The notes under the pieces: generated by a model | Seen by the model: only the letters and a program-made list of their open reading frames with translations | Told to the model about the DNA's origin: nothing | Database searches by the model: none | In this document: positions 59,624 through 64,000 of the stretch, in pieces | How positions within the stretch are numbered: the stretch's first letter is position 1 | How the letters are laid out: every line of letters starts with the position of its first letter | Assembly (NCBI GenBank): GCA_963666985.2 | Contig: CAXXIA010000002.1 | Span: 864,001-928,000 of the forward strand | Reading direction: 5' to 3' | DNA: 64,000 bases | Origin: Spirochaetia bacterium | GTDB lineage: Bacteria > Spirochaetota > Spirochaetia > DSM-2461 | Program-made: the position numbers and the translations under genes

Positions 59624-60760
59624 TTATTCGTAATCGATATCAACCCAAGAGTTGCTATCGGAACTTTTCAGAATCGCCTCGCAAAGAAGCATTTCCTTGT
59701 GCCCTTCAAAGAAACTCGGATGAGAAACGGGAGATTTACGCCCTGTAACGGCGTTGTAGAAAGCCCGAAAGCACTGCTTGTGGCTGTCCGGGAATCCCTC
59801 GGCATGCCCTCCCGGATAACCTGTAAACGCATTCGCCGCATCCGACTGCAGAGCAGGATTCTTAATGAGTTCCCCGTTCATTTCGCCGCGCCGTCCTACC
59901 CATAAGGTATTTGGGTTCTCCTGGTCCCATGCCAGGGATTCTTCGGCGCCGCATAGTTCATAATAGAGTCGATTCTTTCGTCCGGCGGCCACTTGGGAAA
60001 CCCTGAGGGAACCGCGGCTGCCGTCGGTAAAACGAAGAAGGATGTTCCCTCCGTCCTCCGTGTCCACTTCCACCTCTTCCGCGGCATTCTTGTCATCTGA
60101 AGAGAATGTTTCCGCAGGTCCCGCAGGACGGCTTCGAACCGGATGGATCGTATAAAGATCGGCCATAACCGATGCGACGGTTTTCCCCGTAACGAACGTA
60201 ACCAAATCCAGCCAATGAGTTCCGATGTCGCCGACGACGCGCAGCGGTCCGCCCATGCCGGAAAGAACGCGCCAGTTAAAATCATCTTTATACAGCAGCC
60301 AGTCCTGAACATATCCTCCGCTGATTTCATGGATGTCTCCCGCCGAAGAAATCCTGTTTCGGGCTTCCAGATTCAACGGATAATAACGGATGTTGTAGTT
60401 TACTCCGGTCACGACATCATACTTTTCGGCCAATGCCGTCAGTTCCGCCGATTCACGGGAATTGGTCGTAAGGGGCTTCTCGCACATCACATGTTTCCCG
60501 GCTTCCATGGACCGGCGGACCTGATCGAAATGGAATTTATTCGGAGAAGCCACATGAACGGCGCCGATATCTTTATCATCAAGAATATCGGCCAAAGAAG
60601 CGTAACCGACCTCCAGATTCATGGCTTTGGCGGCGGCGTTCGACTTTTCGGGACTGCTTCCGAGAACACCTTTAACGGTAATCCCCAAACGGCGAACGGC
60701 CTCCACATGGACCGGGCCGATGAATCCCGTGCCGATAACGGCGACTTGCTTTTCGTACAT
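59624..60760 (-). CDS. Gfo/Idh/MocA family oxidoreductase
   Basis: IGTGFIG..H, SPNKFH, HVMCEKP, YVQDWL, DIGTHW. Confidence 0.93.
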   Translation of the reverse strand: MYEKQVAVIGTGFIGPVHVEAVRRLGITVKGVLGSSPEKSNAAAKAMNLEVGYASLADILDDKDIGAVHVASPNKFHFDQVRRSMEAGKHVMCEKPLTTNSRESAELTALAEKYDVVTGVNYNIRYYPLNLEARNRISSAGDIHEISGGYVQDWLLYKDDFNWRVLSGMGGPLRVVGDIGTHWLDLVTFVTGKTVASVMADLYTIHPVRSRPAGPAETFSSDDKNAAEEVEVDTEDGGNILLRFTDGSRGSLRVSQVAAGRKNRLYYELCGAEESLAWDQENPNTLWVGRRGEMNGELIKNPALQSDAANAFTGYPGGHAEGFPDSHKQCFRAFYNAVTGRKSPVSHPSFFEGHKEMLLCEAILKSSDSNSWVDIDYE

Positions 60761-61026
60761 TATGTGTTCCCCCTTTCCAAAGTCGAACCGACAATCTTAT
60801 TGTTTTCGGGATAATTCCGAAAATCAAATACCGTGATTTCGAATCCCGTGCGTACGCCTCAGGCGCAATCGGCGATGCGATTATCCTTGAGCGCTGATTC
60901 TTGGAATTCTCATAGCCGAACGCGCAAAATACAACGGAGAAATTGAAGGCCTTAAGATCGAATCCCTTCATATCATCGCTTGAGAAGCATGAAATTGATC
61001 GGTGAAAAGACGAATACCCCGGAACA

Positions 61027-61042
61027 ATGATAGCGCTTACAT
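61027..61042. promoter_or_regulatory. Third LacI-type operator
   Basis: ATGATAGCGCTTACAT, 14 of 16 identical to the 57080 palindrome. Confidence 0.65.
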
Positions 61043-61197
61043 TCCCGTTTGTGTAAAAAAAATGATGAATCAAAAAAAACTGTTCATGGATTCAATCTGC
61101 CGATCCGTGCTTTTTTCGTACCGTTAGGACCATAGCATCCATTTGGATTTAATCGCCCTTCGTGCCGGATGGAATTTCAAGTATAATCCGAATACCT

Positions 61198-62703
61198 ATG
61201 ACCGAAAAAGAAAATCTCGGTTATCAAATTCTCTCTCTTGCTCAGAACGCGGACAACCGCCATATATTCAAAAAGGAAATCTGTATCCTGCTTTGCAAAC
61301 GATTCAAATGCAGGGAAGCGTTTATTACAATCGAAGAAGAAGATTCCCATACCACCTGGAAAATCGAACGAATCGGCAAAAACGACTTCATTTTCAGCAA
61401 ATCGCCGCAATCATCCCAAGATACGCTCCTGGCGGAAACCGCCGAATCCGCTCCCATATGGTCGGCCCCTTTAGAAATAAGCGGCCGGAGCGTAGGCACA
61501 CTCGTCCTCGTGCCCTCGGACGGAACAGGAATAAACGATGATGTTTCGAACAGCCTGTTCCAGGTTGCCAAGATTCTCGGGCAGGCTATCCATTTCAGAC
61601 GTTCACAGGCCGCATTGAAAGAACGGGTGAAGGAAATCACATGTCTTTATGAAATCACTAAAATCATGCATCGGCCGCAAGTTCCTCTCGAAGAAACACT
61701 GGAAAAAGTCATTGGCGTTATTCCTAAGGCATTTCAGTATCCGTCTTATGCCGAGGCATCCGTTGAATTGGACGGACAAATTTACGGTTCTCGTGAAGCC
61801 ACGGAACAGACCCCGTTTTTAAACAGTCAAATTATTATCTCGGATGCGGAGAGGGGCAGCCTCAAGGTTTGGTATCGCGACGCGTTTCAGACATCCGATG
61901 ACCGCGAATTCTTGCGGGAAGAGCAAGATCTCCTGGACGGGATTGTAACCCAGCTTTCTCTGCTTATAGAAGAACGGGAAACCGAATTGGAAAAACAGAA
62001 ACTGGAAGAACAGCTGCGGCATGCGGACCGTCTTGCCACTTTGGGACAGCTGACCGCCGGTGTCGCCCACGACATCAATGAGCCTTTGGCCAACATCCTC
62101 GGATTTGCCGAACTGATCAAAAAGGAAGAAACTCTTTCGGAGCAATCGCGGAAAGATCTGGAGAAAATAATCACTTCATCGATTTACGCAAGAGACAACG
62201 TTCGCAAACTGCTGACCTTTACGGGAAAAATCATGCCGGGAAAAACCGATCTTGATTTGAACGATATCATCGAAGAAGGTCTCCGATTTTTCGAAACACG
62301 ATGCCGAAAAATGAATATTAAAATCATCACGGAGTTCTCGCCGAAACCGCTGCGTATCATCGCGGACCCCGGACATCTCCATCAAATATTGGTCAACCTT
62401 TTGGTCAACGCCATTCAGGCATTACCCGACGGAGGTCAAATCAAATTGAAAACAGGAGAGGACGGCAAGAACGTTGTTTTCTCCGTTGAAGATAACGGAA
62501 CGGGAATTCCGGTGGAAACCCAAAAGAACATTTTCATTCCGTTTTTTACAACAAAAGAACGAGGAGAAGGTACGGGCCTTGGGTTAACGACGGTACTCGG
62601 CATCGTAACCTCCTATAAAGGGGAAATTGCACTTGAAAGCGAACCGGGGGCTTTTACACGCTTTACAATTCAACTGCCGGGAGCGGTGAGAGTTAATGAG
62701 TGA
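61198..62703 (+). CDS. NtrB-type sensor histidine kinase (cytoplasmic, GAF-like input)
   Basis: LKERVKE..CLY, LGQLTAGVAHDINEPL, NLLVNA, DNGTG, FIPFFTTK..G.GTGLGL. Confidence 0.93.
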   Translation: MTEKENLGYQILSLAQNADNRHIFKKEICILLCKRFKCREAFITIEEEDSHTTWKIERIGKNDFIFSKSPQSSQDTLLAETAESAPIWSAPLEISGRSVGTLVLVPSDGTGINDDVSNSLFQVAKILGQAIHFRRSQAALKERVKEITCLYEITKIMHRPQVPLEETLEKVIGVIPKAFQYPSYAEASVELDGQIYGSREATEQTPFLNSQIIISDAERGSLKVWYRDAFQTSDDREFLREEQDLLDGIVTQLSLLIEERETELEKQKLEEQLRHADRLATLGQLTAGVAHDINEPLANILGFAELIKKEETLSEQSRKDLEKIITSSIYARDNVRKLLTFTGKIMPGKTDLDLNDIIEEGLRFFETRCRKMNIKIITEFSPKPLRIIADPGHLHQILVNLLVNAIQALPDGGQIKLKTGEDGKNVVFSVEDNGTGIPVETQKNIFIPFFTTKERGEGTGLGLTTVLGIVTSYKGEIALESEPGAFTRFTIQLPGAVRVNE

Positions 62704-64000
62704 TTACACGATATTAGTCATAGACGATTCGACGGACACGCTGGAGATCATCCAAAGAAATCTGGAATCCCTTGGGCATCATGTTCTTATGGAGAGCAAT
62801 CCCCAAGCCGCCGTTTCCCTTCTTGAATCCTCCAAGGTGGACTTGGTCATCACCGATCTCATGATGCCCGGCATAAACGGTTTGGAGGTTCTCCGATACA
62901 TCCGAGAGAACTATCCGAACATTGAAGTCATGATGGTTACCGGCTACGCAACGGTCAACGGCGCCGTTTCCGCGGTTAAGTCGGGGGCGGAAGAATATTT
63001 GGCGAAACCCTTTACGGAAGAAGAACTCAAGTCGGCTGTCGAACGTGCCCTGATGAAACTGGAACATCGCCGCGGGAAGCAATTGAAAAATCAAAACGAA
63101 TGGTTTTTTCATGGGATGCTCGGCCGCTCTCTTTCGATGCGGGCCGTTTTCGATACCATCAAGCAGGTCTCCCCCACTCCGGCATCCGTTCTTATCAGCG
63201 GTGAAAGCGGAACGGGAAAAGAACTGGTTGCCCGGGCCATTCATTATTCCGGTCCGCGGGCGGCCGGTCCCTTCGTACCGATTAACTGCGGAGCCATTCC
63301 GGAAAATCTTATGGAAAGCGAATTGTTCGGTTACGTTAAAGGAGCTTTTACCGGTGCCGAAACTTCCAGAGCGGGATTTTTTCAAACGGCCGATAAAGGA
63401 ACGATTTTTCTGGACGAAATCAGCGAAACCAGTCCTTCCATGCAAGTAAAACTGCTGAGAGTTCTCCAGGAACAGGAAATCAACATGGTCGGATCGTCAA
63501 AATCCATACCGATCGATGTCCGCGTCCTTTCGGCCACGAATCACGACTTGGAGTCTCTTGTCGAAAAAGGGCTCTTCAGACGCGATCTTTTCTACCGCCT
63601 CAATGTCGTTTCCATCAAAGTTCCTCCGCTTCGCGCGCGTGAAAACGACATTGTTTATCTCGCCCGAATGTTTCTTGAAAAATTCGCCGAATCCTTAGGG
63701 CAGTCTCCCGTAATACTCACCCGGGAAGCGGAAAATGCCCTTTTGGAATATTCATGGCCCGGCAACGTCAGAGAACTTGAAAACCTCATGCAGCGGCTGG
63801 TTATTATGACAAAAGACGGACGGGCCGATGTCGCGGATCTTCCGAAATCCATGCATTACTCAATTCCACAGCCCCTTAAGGAACCGAAAACCTTGGCGGA
63901 AATGGAGCGAAAACATATCGCCGCCATGATGAAGCTTGCGGAAAACAATAAAACGCAAGCCGCGCGGATTCTCGGCATCGACCGAAAAACCCTGCGGGAT
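62696..64000 (+). CDS. NtrC-family sigma-54 response regulator (3' end outside window; missing from the ORF track)
   Basis: MSDYTILVIDD, ITDLMMPG, AKPF, GESGTGKE, ESELFG.VKGAFTGA, WPGNVREL, Fis HTH AARILGIDRKTL. Confidence 0.95.
   Translation, partial: MSDYTILVIDDSTDTLEIIQRNLESLGHHVLMESNPQAAVSLLESSKVDLVITDLMMPGINGLEVLRYIRENYPNIEVMMVTGYATVNGAVSAVKSGAEEYLAKPFTEEELKSAVERALMKLEHRRGKQLKNQNEWFFHGMLGRSLSMRAVFDTIKQVSPTPASVLISGESGTGKELVARAIHYSGPRAAGPFVPINCGAIPENLMESELFGYVKGAFTGAETSRAGFFQTADKGTIFLDEISETSPSMQVKLLRVLQEQEINMVGSSKSIPIDVRVLSATNHDLESLVEKGLFRRDLFYRLNVVSIKVPPLRARENDIVYLARMFLEKFAESLGQSPVILTREAENALLEYSWPGNVRELENLMQRLVIMTKDGRADVADLPKSMHYSIPQPLKEPKTLAEMERKHIAAMMKLAENNKTQAARILGIDRKTLRD

Noticed and set aside
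172..63852. Many long antisense or overlapping ORFs in the track (e.g. 1145-2032, 19082-20131, 28803-29735, 29913-30878, 55176-56387, 62714-63445)
   Set aside because: They lie opposite well-supported genes, have no motifs, and are expected shadows in GC-rich coding DNA.
1..64000. tRNA, rRNA, prophage, transposase or integrase genes
   Set aside because: None recognised by eye in the ORFs or intergenic gaps; a tRNAscan or Rfam run would be needed to exclude small RNAs.

Overview
A 64 kb bacterial chromosome segment, probably from a free-living Spirochaetia member: several exported proteins carry the spirochaetal 'LFAxGxxE'-type signal ending. In order, it holds a partial rlpA, a panB-panC-coaC-coaB-coaX operon, slyD and a small AT-rich three-gene insert. 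Next come a sigma-54 pspF/pspABC locus, a second AT-rich insert, and an alkaline phosphatase with a YibE/F partner. These are followed by an operon encoding an outer-membrane protein, an ECF sigma factor, a membrane anti-sigma and an exported caspase-like protease, then a diguanylate cyclase, an MMPL transporter, metE/metR, a DEAD-box helicase and an aldehyde dehydrogenase. A nickel island follows (larBEC, a TrmO-FmdE fusion, two FecCD-type ABC importers, DeoR, NikR). After it lie a LacI-controlled sugar locus with heptose-pathway-like enzymes and a sigma-54 two-component pair that runs off the end. The most interesting candidates are (1) the ECF/anti-sigma/exported-caspase module with two matching divergent promoter motifs, (2) the nickel-pincer cofactor island with no larA client in the window, and (3) a possible heptose or rare-sugar catabolic pathway. 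A family of short intergenic MITE-like repeats is also visible. About a dozen frameshifts, nearly all extra bases in short runs, look like sequencing error. No tRNA, rRNA, CRISPR array, transposase or integrase was recognised. All family calls come from motif recognition by eye, without database searches.
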